From an uncultured Lactobacillus sp. (GTDB taxonomy: Bacteria > Bacillota > Bacilli > Lactobacillales > Lactobacillaceae): a stretch of 64,000 bases of DNA. A program made the position numbers and the translations under genes. Location of the stretch: the NCBI GenBank assembly GCA_947565635.1, contig CANOGU010000006.1, positions 3,817 to 67,816 of the forward strand, read 5' to 3'. This document shows positions 1 through 11,855 of the stretch, in pieces (position 1 is the stretch's first letter; every line of letters begins with the position of its first letter). The notes beneath the pieces are model-generated. The model was not told the DNA's origin and ran no database searches. It saw nothing but the letters and a program-made list of their open reading frames with translations.

Positions 1-127
1 TTTTAATTGACGAGTTAAGAAAATGGATTTTAAGAAAAGAGTCAAAAAATAAATAAACTTTAACTGCTAGTTTTAACTAGCAGTTTTTTCTTGCTAAAAT
101 AGTAAAAATACGGAAGGTGGCGAAAGT

Positions 128-976
128 ATGAAAAAAGGATTAGTAATGGAAGGTGGCGCAATGCGCTGCATGTTTACTGCTGGAGTAATCGATACTCTGA
201 TGAAAGCCGGCATTGATTTTGATGGTGCAATAGGTGTATCAGCAGGAGCTGCTTTTGGGTGCAATTATAAGTCAAAGCAAATAGGAAGAGTTCTACGCTA
301 TAACGTAAAATATGCTAGTGATCCACGTTTATCTAGTTGGCAATCGTGGCTAAAGACCGGTGATTTATATGGCGCTGACTTTTGTTATCGAGAATTACCA
401 GTAGAATTGGATGTATTTGATACCGCTGCTTTTCAAAAAAATACCATGGATTTTTGGTGTGTGGCAACTGACATTAATAATGGTGAATCCGTCTATCATA
501 AATTGATTTTAGGTAAAGAAGCAGATTTGCAGTGGATTCGCGCCTCTTCATCCATTCCTGTTTTTGCGCGGCCAGTTGAAATTGGGAGTCGTAAGTATTG
601 GGATGGTGGAATTAGTGATTCAATTCCGATTAAATTTTTTGAAAAAATTGGCTATGACAAGAACGTTGTCATTTTAACGCAGCCCCTCTCTTATCGAAAA
701 GAAGCAAGTAAACTATATCCAGCTTTAGAATTAGTCTTACATCAATATCCTGCTGTCTTGAAAAAATTAAAGACAAGAGCAAAAGATTATAATGATGTAC
801 TTAATTACATTAGAAAAAAAGAAGTACAAGGCAAAATGTTAGTTATCAGACCGCCTTATCCTTTAGAAATTGGCACAATGGAGAAAGATCCCCAAGAATT
901 GAAGCGTGTATACCAAATCGGTGTAAAAGAAGTTAAGAAAAATTTACAAGCAATAAAAACTTATTTGAGTGAATAA
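128..976 (+). CDS. Patatin-like phospholipase family protein
   Basis: GGAMR oxyanion motif, GVSAG nucleophile motif, DGG motif. Confidence 0.85.
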   Translation: MKKGLVMEGGAMRCMFTAGVIDTLMKAGIDFDGAIGVSAGAAFGCNYKSKQIGRVLRYNVKYASDPRLSSWQSWLKTGDLYGADFCYRELPVELDVFDTAAFQKNTMDFWCVATDINNGESVYHKLILGKEADLQWIRASSSIPVFARPVEIGSRKYWDGGISDSIPIKFFEKIGYDKNVVILTQPLSYRKEASKLYPALELVLHQYPAVLKKLKTRAKDYNDVLNYIRKKEVQGKMLVIRPPYPLEIGTMEKDPQELKRVYQIGVKEVKKNLQAIKTYLSE

Positions 977-1067
977 TCTTCTTGAATGACTTGTCTAGAT
1001 TACATTTCATTCGCTATAATTAACAAAAGCTTAAATTTTCAGTTTTTTAATAGTAATTGTAGAGGGA

Positions 1068-2570
1068 ATGAATGTAATGAAAAAAACAAAACTGTTAAGC
1101 TTTTTCTTTGCACTTTTGATGTTTTTCTCACTCGGTGCTACTTTTATCAAGCCAGCTCAAGCGGCTAGCCAAAAGCAAGTAGCAGAAGGTAGTGTCTTGA
1201 AGAAGATTAAAAAGAGTGGAGAATTAGTAGTCGGTACATCTGCTGATTATCCGCCACTAGAATTTACCGCAAGTGAAAATGGTAAGACTAAATATGTTGG
1301 AGTAGATATTGAACTAGCCAAAGACATTGCTAAAGACTTAGGCGTGAAGTTAGTTATTAAGAACATGTCTTTTGACTCCTTGTTAGTTGCACTTGAGACA
1401 GGAAAGGTAGATATGGTTATTTCGGCCATGACGCCTACTCCTGAAAGAAAGCAAAGTGTAGCATTTTCAAAAATTTACTATAAGCCAAGCGGTGAATATT
1501 TCTTAGTAAATAAAAAGGATAAAGACAAGTACACAAGTATTCAAAGTCTTAAAGGTCAAACGGTTGGAGCACAAACAGGAAGTAACCAATATAATTTAGT
1601 TAAGTCTCAAATGAAAGATTCTAAATTAAAGGGTCTTGGAAAAATTAACAACTTAGTATTAGCGTTACAATCAGGCAAGGTGTCTGCAGTAGTAGTAGAA
1701 GAACTAATTGCTAAAGCATATGCCGAAAATAATAGTAGTTTAGCTGCAGTTCGTTCAAACTTAAAAGAAACTCAAGCAGGAAACGCAGTTGCAATTGCTA
1801 AAGGACAAGATGATTTAGTAGCTCAAGTAAATAAGACAATTGATCAAGTTCAGGAAAAGGACTTGATTAGTAAAAAATATTTACCAGCGGCTGCTAAATA
1901 TATGAAGACAGAAAAGAAAAGTAATACTTTTGCCAAGTACATTCCATATTTCTTTAAGGGTATTTGGTACACAATCGTAATTACTATTTTTTCAGTAATT
2001 ATTGGTATTGTTTTAGGTATCATTTTAGCTTTGATGCGTTTATCAAAGAATCCAATTTTACACTGGCTTGCTGTTTGCTACATTGAATTTATCCGTGGTA
2101 CGCCGCAAATGGTACAAATTTTATTTGTTTACTTCGGAATTGGATATTTGATTTCTAATCTTTCCGCTTTAGTTGCAGGTATTATTGCGATTGGACTTAA
2201 TTCTGGAGCCTATGTGGCTGAAGATATTAGGTCAGGAATTGATTCTTTACCAAAAGGCCAGATGGAAGCAGCTCGCTCACTTGGTTTAAGCCGTCAAAAA
2301 GCCTTTAGATATGTCATTATTCCGCAGGCAATTAAGAACATTTGGCCAGCTTTAGGCAATGAATTTATTACTTTATTAAAGGATAGTTCGTTAGTTTCAG
2401 TAATTGGAGTTGCAGAACTAATGTATCAAACACAATTAGTTCAAACTTCAACTTATAAGGGTGTTCTACCATTATTTATTGCCATGATTATTTACTTTAT
2501 TATGACTTTCTCATTAACGAGATTATTGAATCACTTTGAAAAGAGGATGAAGCGTAATGACAATGATTAA
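1068..2570 (+). CDS. Polar amino acid ABC transporter, fused substrate-binding protein/permease (GlnPH-like)
   Basis: Signal peptide, [11 protein letters not shown] motif, C-terminal permease with FIRGTP and EAA loop ([10 protein letters not shown]). Confidence 0.85.
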   Translation: MNVMKKTKLLSFFFALLMFFSLGATFIKPAQAASQKQVAEGSVLKKIKKSGELVVGTSADYPPLEFTASENGKTKYVGVDIELAKDIAKDLGVKLVIKNMSFDSLLVALETGKVDMVISAMTPTPERKQSVAFSKIYYKPSGEYFLVNKKDKDKYTSIQSLKGQTVGAQTGSNQYNLVKSQMKDSKLKGLGKINNLVLALQSGKVSAVVVEELIAKAYAENNSSLAAVRSNLKETQAGNAVAIAKGQDDLVAQVNKTIDQVQEKDLISKKYLPAAAKYMKTEKKSNTFAKYIPYFFKGIWYTIVITIFSVIIGIVLGIILALMRLSKNPILHWLAVCYIEFIRGTPQMVQILFVYFGIGYLISNLSALVAGIIAIGLNSGAYVAEDIRSGIDSLPKGQMEAARSLGLSRQKAFRYVIIPQAIKNIWPALGNEFITLLKDSSLVSVIGVAELMYQTQLVQTSTYKGVLPLFIAMIIYFIMTFSLTRLLNHFEKRMKRNDND

Positions 2571-3288
2571 GGTTGAACATTTAAAGAAGAGTTTTGGAAA
2601 AAAAGAAGTCCTCAAAGATATTTCTGCAAATGTTGAGAAGGGAAAAGTTATTAGTATCATTGGTCCATCAGGTTCAGGTAAGAGTACATTTTTACGCTGT
2701 CTTAATGTACTTGAGACACCAACAAGCGGCAAGATAATTTTTGATGGGCAAGATTTAACACATATTAGTGAAAAGGAATTAGATATTTTAAGAGAAAAAA
2801 TGGGAATGGTTTTCCAAAGCTTTAATCTTTTTCCAAATATGAATGTAGTTGAAAACGTTAAATTAGCTCCTATGAAAGTTAAAGGCGTAAGTGAAGAAGA
2901 AGCTGAAAAGCAGGCTTTAGAATTGCTTGATAAAGTGGGTTTGAAAGATCGGGCTAAGCAATATCCTTCTAGTTTGTCTGGTGGGCAGCAGCAACGTGTT
3001 GCGATTGCTAGAGCTTTAGCAATGGACCCCGAAGTAATGCTATTTGATGAACCAACAAGTGCCCTAGATCCAGAAATGGTTGGCGAAGTTTTAAAGACAA
3101 TGCAAGACTTGGCAGATTCAGGTATGACAATGGTTATTGTTACTCATGAAATGGGATTTGCCCGTGAAGTTTCTGATGAAGTGTGGTTTATGGCAGATGG
3201 ATATTTGCAGGAACAAGGAAGTCCAGAACAAATTTTTGAAAATCCGCAAAGTCCACGTGCAAAAGACTTTCTTTCTAAAGTACTTTAA
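2557..3288 (+). CDS. glnQ: Amino acid ABC transporter ATP-binding protein
   Basis: [27 protein letters not shown]. Confidence 0.85.
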   Translation: MTMIKVEHLKKSFGKKEVLKDISANVEKGKVISIIGPSGSGKSTFLRCLNVLETPTSGKIIFDGQDLTHISEKELDILREKMGMVFQSFNLFPNMNVVENVKLAPMKVKGVSEEEAEKQALELLDKVGLKDRAKQYPSSLSGGQQQRVAIARALAMDPEVMLFDEPTSALDPEMVGEVLKTMQDLADSGMTMVIVTHEMGFAREVSDEVWFMADGYLQEQGSPEQIFENPQSPRAKDFLSKVL

Positions 3289-3383
3289 ATATTAATATTT
3301 TTTAAAATAAGCACTTTCTTTTTACAAGGAGAGTGCTTTTTTTTATAATAGTTGCGTTAGAAAAGTTAAAGGGGATGAGTTTA

Positions 3384-3905
3384 ATGAAGATTAGACAAGC
3401 TACAATGGATGATTATGATCAAATTATGACAATTTTAAAGGATGGTGCTAACCAACTAGCAGAACGTGGAGTTGACCAATGGCAAGGAGACTATCCTTCA
3501 CCAGATCAAATTAAAGAAGATATTGAAAAAGGTTTTGCCTATTTAGCTGTTTCAGCTGATGGGGAAACAGTAGGTGCTATTTCTATAGTTGAAGCACCAG
3601 ATCATTCTTATGATGATTTGAAAGGTGAGTGGCTTCTAGATACTGATAAATATGTTGTAATTCACCGCGTTGCCATTCATTCAAAGCACGCAGGTCATGG
3701 TTATGCTACTAAGCTTTTGACTGAAGTAATTGATTATATTCGTGATCACCGTAAAGATATTGATAGCATTCGAATTGATACACATGAAAACAATAGCGCT
3801 ATGCAACATCTAATTGATAAAATGAATTTTACCAAAGTGGGAGAATTGCATGGAGTATATCGTCCAGATGAAATTTCATATGTTTATGAGAATGTTAGAG
3901 AATAA
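3384..3905 (+). CDS. GNAT family acetyltransferase
   Basis: MKIRQAT start after AAAGGGGA RBS; HAGHGYA acetyl-CoA loop; DTHENN. Confidence 0.8.
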   Translation: MKIRQATMDDYDQIMTILKDGANQLAERGVDQWQGDYPSPDQIKEDIEKGFAYLAVSADGETVGAISIVEAPDHSYDDLKGEWLLDTDKYVVIHRVAIHSKHAGHGYATKLLTEVIDYIRDHRKDIDSIRIDTHENNSAMQHLIDKMNFTKVGELHGVYRPDEISYVYENVRE

Positions 3906-4022
3906 ATAAATTTTAGCTAGGTTGAAAAACCTAGCTTTTTTGTTGAGGATAAGCATTCTGTTGACACGCACTAATATGATAGAATATTCTTGTTGAATAC
4001 TGTAAATTACATGGAGAAATCG

Positions 4023-4892
4023 ATGAGAAAAAATTTTAAATTTAAAATAGCCGCTGTTTGTGGACTGCTAGCTATTTTAATTGGACTTACAGGCTGTGCT
4101 AACAATAATAGCAATAAGATTACTGTTGTTGGATCTAGTGCCATGCAACTTTTAGCTGAGCAAGCTGGAAATGACTATCGTCTGTCTCATCCTGACAGTA
4201 ATATTGTTGTTCAAGGAGGAGGTTCGGGAACCGGTCTTAGCCAAGTACAGGCTGGAGCAGTTGAAATTGGAACTTCCGATGTTTTTGCTGAAACTCAAAA
4301 GGGAATAGATGCTAAGAAATTGCAAAATCACCTTGTTGCCGTTGTAGGTATTGTTCCTATTGTCAATAAGAGTGCCGGTGTAAGCAATTTGAGTAAGCAG
4401 CAATTGAATGATATTTTTACAGGTAAAATTACTAACTGGAAACAAGTTGGTGGTAAGAACCAAACTATCACTGTAATTAACCGTTCTAAGGGTAGTGGTA
4501 CTCGTGGAACTTTTGAAGGTTTAGTTCTAAATGGAAAAAAGCCAATTCAGGCTCAAGAACAAGATTCTAACGGTACTGTACGTAAAATTGTCAGTTCTAC
4601 ACCAGGGACAATTTCTTATATCTCATTCCCGTATGCTAATGATGAAAATATTCAAAAATTAAGTATTGATGGGATAAAGCCTACGAATAAGAATGTCGAG
4701 ACAAATCGCTGGCACCTTTGGTCTTATGAACATATCTATACTAAGGGTAAACCTAACAAGAATGTTCAAAAATTTATTGATTATATGCTTGGAAGTAAGG
4801 TACAAAATGATTTAGTACCTAAACTAGGCTATATTAGTATCGATAAGATGCAGGTCGAACGTGATAGTAATAATCATGTTGTTCAAAAATAA
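4023..4892 (+). CDS. pstS: Phosphate ABC transporter substrate-binding lipoprotein
   Basis: Lipobox LTGC; GSSAM, QGGGSGTG, SGTRGTF motifs; GGAG RBS; first gene of the pst operon. Confidence 0.92.
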   Translation: MRKNFKFKIAAVCGLLAILIGLTGCANNNSNKITVVGSSAMQLLAEQAGNDYRLSHPDSNIVVQGGGSGTGLSQVQAGAVEIGTSDVFAETQKGIDAKKLQNHLVAVVGIVPIVNKSAGVSNLSKQQLNDIFTGKITNWKQVGGKNQTITVINRSKGSGTRGTFEGLVLNGKKPIQAQEQDSNGTVRKIVSSTPGTISYISFPYANDENIQKLSIDGIKPTNKNVETNRWHLWSYEHIYTKGKPNKNVQKFIDYMLGSKVQNDLVPKLGYISIDKMQVERDSNNHVVQK

Positions 4893-4905
4893 AGAATAGG
4901 ACGTT

Positions 4906-5901
4906 TTGATGAATAACAAAGATCTTAAAAAAGTAGTTGAGTCTGCTTTAGATAAGCAAAAAGTTCCTCATGTTAAATTAAAGAAGATTGGTGCAAGTAA
5001 GGTTGATGTTGCCAGCTTAACTGAGCCATCAAAAGAAACACGACAAGAATATTGGGGTAAAGGACTAACTTATTGCGCCATTATTTTAATTATTATTTTG
5101 GTTGCTTCAATTATTGGTTTTATTGGATTTCATGGACTAGAAACTTTTACTAAAGATCATGTGAATGTTTTTCAATTTTTAACTTCTAGTGATTGGGATC
5201 CAGGTGAGGGAAAGAATCACGTCGGAGCAGCAGCGATGATTGTAACTTCGTTTTCTGTAACCTTACTAGCTGCTTTAGTAGCAACCCCATTTGCAATTGC
5301 AGTAGCCTTATTTATGACTGAGTATTCTTCTAAAAAGGGTGCACGCTTTTTGCAATCAGTAATTGAATTATTGGTAGGAATTCCGTCTGTTGTTTATGGA
5401 TTCTTGGGATTAACAGTTATTGTTCCTTTTATTAGAAATATTTTTGGTGGAACTGGGTTCGGTATTTTATCAGCGACTTTAGTTTTATTTGTCATGGTTT
5501 TACCGACAATTACTTCGCTAACTGTTGATAGTTTAAAAGCTGTACCATCTGATTACCGGAAAGCTTCTTTAGCTTTAGGTGCAACTAAATGGCAAACAAT
5601 CTATAAAGTGATTTTGCGAGTTGCCTCTCCTAGAATTATGACAGCGGTAATTTTTGGGATGGCTAGAGCCTTTGGTGAAGCCTTAGCTGTACAGATGGTT
5701 ATTGGTAATGCAGTTTTAATGCCAGCTAACTTAGTGAGTCCATCTGCTACTTTAACTAGTCAGTTAACTAGTCAAATGGGAAACACAGTTATGGGAACCT
5801 TACCAAATAATGCACTTTGGTCATTAGCGCTTCTATTGTTAATTATGTCTTTGGTCTTTAACTTCTTAGTCCGCTTAATTGGAAAGAGAGGACAGAAATA
5901 A
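4906..5901 (+). CDS. pstC: Phosphate ABC transporter permease
   Basis: GIPSVVYG, ARAFGEALAV motifs; operon context. Confidence 0.92.
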   Translation: MMNNKDLKKVVESALDKQKVPHVKLKKIGASKVDVASLTEPSKETRQEYWGKGLTYCAIILIIILVASIIGFIGFHGLETFTKDHVNVFQFLTSSDWDPGEGKNHVGAAAMIVTSFSVTLLAALVATPFAIAVALFMTEYSSKKGARFLQSVIELLVGIPSVVYGFLGLTVIVPFIRNIFGGTGFGILSATLVLFVMVLPTITSLTVDSLKAVPSDYRKASLALGATKWQTIYKVILRVASPRIMTAVIFGMARAFGEALAVQMVIGNAVLMPANLVSPSATLTSQLTSQMGNTVMGTLPNNALWSLALLLLIMSLVFNFLVRLIGKRGQK

Positions 5902-6791
5902 TGAATGCAAAAACTCGTAATAAAATTGCTACTGCTGGTATTTATACCTTAGTGAGTATTGTTGTAATCATCCTCTTTGGAATTTTAGGCGATATTCTAG
6001 TTTCGGGTGTGCCACATCTTTCATGGCATTTTTTGTCTTCTGAGGCTTCTTCCTATCAAGCTGGCGGAGGGGTAAGAGATCAGCTATTTAATTCCTTATA
6101 TTTGCTAGTATTAACCTTAATTATTTCACTTCCAATTGCTTTGGGAGCAGGTATTTATCTAGCGGAATATGCTAAAGATAATTGGTTTACTAACTTAATT
6201 AGAACAACAATTGAAATTTTAAGCTCACTTCCTTCAATTGTTGTTGGTTTATTTGGTTATTTACTATTTGTAGTACAGTTTGGATTTGGTTTTTCAATTA
6301 TTTCTGGTGCTTTGGCTCTTACATTCTTTAATTTACCAACACTAACTAGTAATATTGAACAAGCTATTGAAGGTGTTCCGCAAGCGCAAAGAGATGCGGG
6401 ACTTGCCTTGGGTTTATCTAACTGGAAAACAATTCGCGGGATCGTTTTGCCGGCAGCCTTACCAGGAATTTTAACTGGTATTATTTTGAGTGCTGGTAGA
6501 ATTTTTGGTGAAGCCGCTGCCTTAATTTATACTGCAGGTCAAAGTGCATCTACAATTGACTACAGTAATTGGAATCCATTTAGTCCAACTAGTTTTTTAA
6601 ATATGATGCGTCCAGCAGAAACTTTAGCTGTTCATATTTGGAAGGTTAATACTGAAGGAATCATCCCCGATGCAACAATCGTTTCAGCTGCAACTTCTGC
6701 TTTATTAATTATTGTGGTAATTTTATTCAATCTTGGTGCACGTGCCTTGGGTAATCATTTATACCGCAAATTAACAGCTGCTAAGTCATAA
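5901..6791 (+). CDS. pstA: Phosphate ABC transporter permease
   Basis: LPSIVVGLFG, GRIFGEAAAL motifs; operon context. Confidence 0.92.
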   Translation: MNAKTRNKIATAGIYTLVSIVVIILFGILGDILVSGVPHLSWHFLSSEASSYQAGGGVRDQLFNSLYLLVLTLIISLPIALGAGIYLAEYAKDNWFTNLIRTTIEILSSLPSIVVGLFGYLLFVVQFGFGFSIISGALALTFFNLPTLTSNIEQAIEGVPQAQRDAGLALGLSNWKTIRGIVLPAALPGILTGIILSAGRIFGEAAALIYTAGQSASTIDYSNWNPFSPTSFLNMMRPAETLAVHIWKVNTEGIIPDATIVSAATSALLIIVVILFNLGARALGNHLYRKLTAAKS

Positions 6792-6801
6792 GGAGAAATT
6801 T

Positions 6802-7602
6802 ATGCAAAATGTAAATGAAGCCCCGACATATATTCATCAATTTGATAAAGATGAGCAGATTATTTCGACGCAAGACCTTAGCGTTTTTTACGGAGGTAGC
6901 GTTCAAAAGCTTTTTAATGCTAGTCTTCAATTTAAGAAAAAAACTATCACAGCCTTAATTGGAGGATCTGGTTCAGGAAAGTCTACTTTTTTACGTTGTC
7001 TTAATAGAATGAATGATAAAGTGGCTCGAGTAGACGGTGAAATTTGGTACCATGGCTTAGATATCAATAAAAACAATATTAACGTTTACCAGTTAAGAAA
7101 AAATATTGGAATGGTTTTCCAAAAGCCTAATCCATTTCCAAAATCAATTAGAGAAAATATTACTTATGCTCTAAAAGCAAATGGTGAAAATGACAAGCAA
7201 AAATTAGATCAAATTGTAGAAGAAAGTTTAAGAGCAGCCGCTCTATGGGATGAAGTGAAGGATAAGTTAGATAAGAGTGCATTGGCAATGTCTGGTGGTC
7301 AACAGCAGCGATTATGTATTGCGCGAGCTCTTGCATTGAAGCCTGAAATTTTATTACTTGATGAGCCTGCTAGTGCCCTTGATCCTGTTTCTACTTCTAA
7401 ACTTGAGGATACTCTTAAGCAATTAAGAACTGACTATACAATGATCATGGTAACGCACAATATGCAACAAGCTAGTCGTATTAGTGATTACACAGCTTTC
7501 TTTCATTTAGGTCATGTTTTAGAGTATGACACTACTGAAAATATTTTTACTAATCCTAAGGGTGAAATTACGGAAGACTACATTCGCGGAAGTTTTGGAT
7601 AA
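6802..7602 (+). CDS. pstB: Phosphate ABC transporter ATP-binding protein
   Basis: Walker [23 protein letters not shown]. Confidence 0.9.
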   Translation: MQNVNEAPTYIHQFDKDEQIISTQDLSVFYGGSVQKLFNASLQFKKKTITALIGGSGSGKSTFLRCLNRMNDKVARVDGEIWYHGLDINKNNINVYQLRKNIGMVFQKPNPFPKSIRENITYALKANGENDKQKLDQIVEESLRAAALWDEVKDKLDKSALAMSGGQQQRLCIARALALKPEILLLDEPASALDPVSTSKLEDTLKQLRTDYTMIMVTHNMQQASRISDYTAFFHLGHVLEYDTTENIFTNPKGEITEDYIRGSFG

Positions 7603-7612
7603 GGGGTTTACT

Positions 7613-8368
7613 GTGGAAAATATTATTACAAGTAAAGATGTTCACCTAAGCTATGGAAATGTTGAAGCTTTACACGGCATTAGCTTAGACTTTGAAGAAA
7701 AAGAACTTACTGCCTTAATCGGTCCTTCAGGATGCGGAAAATCAACCTTTCTTCGTTGTTTGAACAGAATGAATGACGACATACCTAATATTCATATTAG
7801 TGGTGAGATTAAATTTGAAAATAAGAATATTTATGGTCCTAAAATGGATTTGGTAGAATTGCGTAAAGATGTTGGAATGGTGTTCCAGCAGCCAAGTCCT
7901 TTTCCATTTTCTGTTTATGACAATATTGCTTACGGTCTTAGAATTGCTGGGATTAAAGATAAAGAATTGATCGACCAGCGAGTTGAAGAAAGTTTAAAGC
8001 AAGCCGCAATTTGGAAAGAGACTAAAGATAATTTAGATCGAAACGCTCAAGCATTTTCTGGAGGACAACAACAGAGAATTTGTATTGCTCGTGCTTTAGC
8101 GGTTCGTCCAAAAGTAGTTTTGCTTGATGAGCCTACAAGTGCTCTGGATCCAATTTCAAGTAGTGAGATTGAAGAGACTCTTCTTGAATTAAAGCATGAT
8201 TTTACTTTTATCATGGTAACGCACAACTTACAACAAGCCTCTCGAATTAGCGACTATACTGCTTTCTTAATGAGTGGGGACTTAATTGAGTATGGTAAGA
8301 CCTCAGATATGTTTATGAATCCGAGAAAGCAAATTACTAGTGATTATCTGAATGGACGTTTTGGTTAA
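7613..8368 (+). CDS. pstB: Phosphate ABC transporter ATP-binding protein (second copy)
   Basis: GTG start after AAGGGG; [23 protein letters not shown]. Confidence 0.88.
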   Translation: MENIITSKDVHLSYGNVEALHGISLDFEEKELTALIGPSGCGKSTFLRCLNRMNDDIPNIHISGEIKFENKNIYGPKMDLVELRKDVGMVFQQPSPFPFSVYDNIAYGLRIAGIKDKELIDQRVEESLKQAAIWKETKDNLDRNAQAFSGGQQQRICIARALAVRPKVVLLDEPTSALDPISSSEIEETLLELKHDFTFIMVTHNLQQASRISDYTAFLMSGDLIEYGKTSDMFMNPRKQITSDYLNGRFG

Positions 8369-8384
8369 TAAAGGAGTTTTTAAG

Positions 8385-9068
8385 ATGCATGAAGTTTTTT
8401 TAGATGAATTACGTAAGTTGAATACTCGTTTCATGGGAATGGGTATTGATGTTAGTGAAGCAATTGAAGAAGCAACACAAGCTTTTGTTGAACATGATAA
8501 AAAACTAGCTCAAAGCCTAGTTAAAGATGATCAAAAAGTGTCACGTGCTGCTACAAAAGTTGAAAAAAGAACCTTAAAATTAATGGCTCTTCAACAACCA
8601 GTTGCTAGTGACTTTAGAAATGTTATTAGTATCTTAAAAGCTACTAATGATTTAGAACGAATTGGTGAAAATGCTAATTCAATTGCTTGGGAAACAATTC
8701 GAGTAAAGGGAAATCCCCGTATTCCAGAAGTTGAAGCAATTATTAAGTCAATGTCCAAGAAAGTTAACTTTATGTTAGACCAAGTTTTAAAGGCCTATGT
8801 ACAAGGTGATGAAAAATTGGCTCGTGAAGTTGCTAAAAAAGATGATGAAGTAGATGAGGATTATGTAAAGGCTCGTAAGTTAATTATTTCTGGAATTAAG
8901 CAAGATCCAGAAGCAGCGGTTGCTTCTTCAAGCTACTTTATGGTAATTCGTTTACTTGAACGTATTGGCGACCACGTAGTTAATCTAGCACAATGGGTTA
9001 TCTATAAAATGTCGGGAGAATTAGTAGATTTAAATACTAAAGATACTGATGAAATGACTGAATTATAG
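8385..9068 (+). CDS. phoU: Phosphate transport regulator PhoU
   Basis: QQPVASDFR, DLERIG, LERIGDH motifs; AAGGAG RBS. Confidence 0.92.
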   Translation: MHEVFLDELRKLNTRFMGMGIDVSEAIEEATQAFVEHDKKLAQSLVKDDQKVSRAATKVEKRTLKLMALQQPVASDFRNVISILKATNDLERIGENANSIAWETIRVKGNPRIPEVEAIIKSMSKKVNFMLDQVLKAYVQGDEKLAREVAKKDDEVDEDYVKARKLIISGIKQDPEAAVASSSYFMVIRLLERIGDHVVNLAQWVIYKMSGELVDLNTKDTDEMTEL

Positions 9069-9086
9069 GATTAAATATCTGATACG

Positions 9087-9533
9087 ATGGATATTAGAGA
9101 AGTTAAAGATCATAAAAAACAATATCTTGATTTATTGTTACTAGCTGATGAACAGGAAGATATGGTTGATCGTTATCTTGATCGGGGAAGAATGTATATC
9201 TTGATTGATGACGGAAAAGTGCGATCAGAGTGTGTCATAACATATGAAGATAATCGTACTATTGAGATAAAAAATCTTGCCACTTATCCTGTTGATCAAG
9301 GGAAGGGCTATGCTAAAAAATTAATCAATTATATTTCGGAAAAATATAAAGGGGATTATAAATTCTTGCAAGTTGGAACTGGTGACAGTCCTTTAACGAT
9401 TCCATTTTATCTGAAATGCGGATTTAAACCTTCCGGCCGAATAAAAAATTTTTTCGTAGATAATTATAATTATCCAATTTATGAAGCAGGTCACCAATTG
9501 ATTGATATGATCTACTTAAAAAAGAAAATCTGA
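9087..9533 (+). CDS. GNAT family acetyltransferase
   Basis: LLLLADE, QGKGYA, VGTG, FYLKCGF. Confidence 0.8.
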   Translation: MDIREVKDHKKQYLDLLLLADEQEDMVDRYLDRGRMYILIDDGKVRSECVITYEDNRTIEIKNLATYPVDQGKGYAKKLINYISEKYKGDYKFLQVGTGDSPLTIPFYLKCGFKPSGRIKNFFVDNYNYPIYEAGHQLIDMIYLKKKI

Positions 9534-9676
9534 ATACAGAAAAATAGGAACCTTCAATTTGAGGGTTCCTATTTTTATTTAACTTTATATTCTTGGTTGT
9601 AAGCGCGTGCAAATAATCGAAAAGAAATCTATAATGAACTTATAAATTAAACTGTAGCAATAAGTAGGGAGAAATT

Positions 9677-11215
9677 ATGAGCGATACAGTACAAAAAAAG
9701 AAGAAACATCAATTTCCAACAGCGTATACAGTTATTATTATCGTTTTATTATTGGTGCAAATTTTAACGTTTTTTATACCATCGGGTAATTATGCAACGC
9801 TTGAATATGATCAACCAAGTAAAGAGTTTGTAATTACGAAACCAAATGGTAGCAAGCATAAAGAAGCAGCAACCCAAAAAACTTTAGACAAATATAAAGT
9901 TAAGATCGATGTTAAAAAGTTTACTAGTGGAACGATCTATAAACCCGTAGCTATTCCTGATTCCTATGAAAAAATTAATCAGAAAAAGCCAGGACTTGGT
10001 GGAGCGATTTATCAATTCCTTTCTTCTCAGGTAAACGGGATTGCTCAAAGTATTGATATTATTGCTTTCGTTTTGATTCTAGGTGGTTGTATTGGAGTTG
10101 TTCATGCAAATGGTGCAATTGATGCCGGAATGCAGGCACTTTCTAAAAAGATTAAGGGTAAGCAAGTTTTATTGATTGTTTTAGTAATGGGATTGATCGC
10201 CATTGGTGGAACAACCTTTGGTTTAGCTGAAGAAACAATGGCTTTTTATCCTATCTTAATTCCAGTCTTCTTATTAGCAGGCTTTGATAGGATGACAGTT
10301 GTTGCGACGATCTTTTTAGGTACAAGTATTGGGACGATGGCATCAACTATTAACCCATTTTCAACGGTAATTGCCTCTAATACTGCTGGGGTCAATTTTA
10401 CAGATGCACTGCCACTTAGGATTTGTATGTGGGCAACTTGTGTTATTGTAGGGATGATTTATGTGATTCTTTATGCTAAAAAAGTGCAAAAGAATCCTAA
10501 AGCTTCATATGTTTATAATGACTTTGCTAAAGAAGATCAAGAATATATGAATCAAAATGAAACTGTACAAGAAAGTGAATTTACTTGGCGTCAAAAATTA
10601 ACTTTACTTGTCTTTGCGATTGCCTTTATCGTAATGATTTGGGGTGTTCAACAAAAGGGATGGTACTTTACCGAAATTGCCGTTGTCTTCCTAGCAACGG
10701 GCTATATTTTCGCCTTTATCTCAGGCTTAAGTGAGCATAAATTTGTCGAGAGCTTTGTAAATGGTGCGGCAGATTTATTGGGTGTAGCTTTAACAATTGG
10801 CCTAGCACGTGCTGTTTCAATTGTGATGGAAGAAAGTCATACAAGTGATACAATTATGAATTTCTTTAGTCAGCAAGTTTCTGGAATGCCACCATTATTG
10901 TTTATTTGGTTTATGTTCCTGGTCTACATTGTTCTTGGTTTCTTTATTCAGTCATCATCTGGCTTAGCAGTGCTTTCAATGCCAATTATGGCACCCCTAG
11001 CTAACGTGGTTGGCATTGATCGCGCAAGCATTATTGATGCCTATAATTGGGGTCAAGGATTTATTAGTTTAATTGCACCAACTGGATTAATTTTAATGAG
11101 CTTAATGATGGTAAATATTGGGTTCAATAAATGGTTTAAGTTTTGTTGGAAACTGTTAGTTATTGAATTTGGAATTTGTTTAGCCTTTTTAGCAATTGGT
11201 TTAGTTGTTTACTAA
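9677..11215 (+). CDS. YfcC family (DcuC/ArcD-like) membrane transporter
   Basis: FPTAYT N-terminus, GLAEET, NPFS, SSSGLA; about 12 TM segments. Confidence 0.8.
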   Translation: MSDTVQKKKKHQFPTAYTVIIIVLLLVQILTFFIPSGNYATLEYDQPSKEFVITKPNGSKHKEAATQKTLDKYKVKIDVKKFTSGTIYKPVAIPDSYEKINQKKPGLGGAIYQFLSSQVNGIAQSIDIIAFVLILGGCIGVVHANGAIDAGMQALSKKIKGKQVLLIVLVMGLIAIGGTTFGLAEETMAFYPILIPVFLLAGFDRMTVVATIFLGTSIGTMASTINPFSTVIASNTAGVNFTDALPLRICMWATCVIVGMIYVILYAKKVQKNPKASYVYNDFAKEDQEYMNQNETVQESEFTWRQKLTLLVFAIAFIVMIWGVQQKGWYFTEIAVVFLATGYIFAFISGLSEHKFVESFVNGAADLLGVALTIGLARAVSIVMEESHTSDTIMNFFSQQVSGMPPLLFIWFMFLVYIVLGFFIQSSSGLAVLSMPIMAPLANVVGIDRASIIDAYNWGQGFISLIAPTGLILMSLMMVNIGFNKWFKFCWKLLVIEFGICLAFLAIGLVVY

Positions 11216-11298
11216 CTAAGCAAATAAGTAGCTTTTAGTATTTTTTATAGTTATGATGAAGTTAAAGACATTGTTTAATATTTTAAGGAGGCTTTTGT

Positions 11299-11766
11299 AT
11301 GGCTTATCCAAAAACTAAAAAAATTATGAATGAAATTGTTGCTGATTTAACTCAAACTCACATGGTTGTCCACCAACACCATTGGTATATGCTTGGAAGA
11401 GGATTTCTAAAATTGCACCCATATTTAGATGGTGTAATGGAAGAATTAGCTGAGCAGCAAGATGGGGTTGCTGAAAGATTGATCGCCATTAATGGTAATC
11501 CGATTTCCACCTACGAAGAAGTATTGGAGGAAACTAACGTTCCAGATCAAATCGGTAGCTGGGATTTGTCAATTGAAGAAAGATTCCAATTAATTATAAA
11601 TGCATACAAACAATTGCGAGATGATTATGAAAGAGGGATCAAGATTAGTGAAGGAGAAGGAGACGACTCAACTAATGACCTATTGATTTCCTATCATACC
11701 GCGATCGAAAAAAGAATTTGGATGATGTCAGCTGAACTTGGTCAACGTCCAGGTGAAGGTGAATAG
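11299..11766 (+). CDS. dps: DNA starvation/stationary-phase protection protein Dps
   Basis: HQHHWYMLG..F..LH, DGVAERL, EKRIWM. Confidence 0.9.
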   Translation: MAYPKTKKIMNEIVADLTQTHMVVHQHHWYMLGRGFLKLHPYLDGVMEELAEQQDGVAERLIAINGNPISTYEEVLEETNVPDQIGSWDLSIEERFQLIINAYKQLRDDYERGIKISEGEGDDSTNDLLISYHTAIEKRIWMMSAELGQRPGEGE

Positions 11767-11855
11767 GAAAAATATATTTATGCAAAGCATTCCGTGTATG
11801 GAATGCTTTTTTGCTATAATTAAAGTAAATATTGCCATACAGGGAAGGAAATACC

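Noticed and set aside
9598-9613. cre-like site TGTAAGCGCGTGCA upstream of the YfcC transporter
   Set aside because: Only a partial match to the CcpA consensus, and ordinary even if real.
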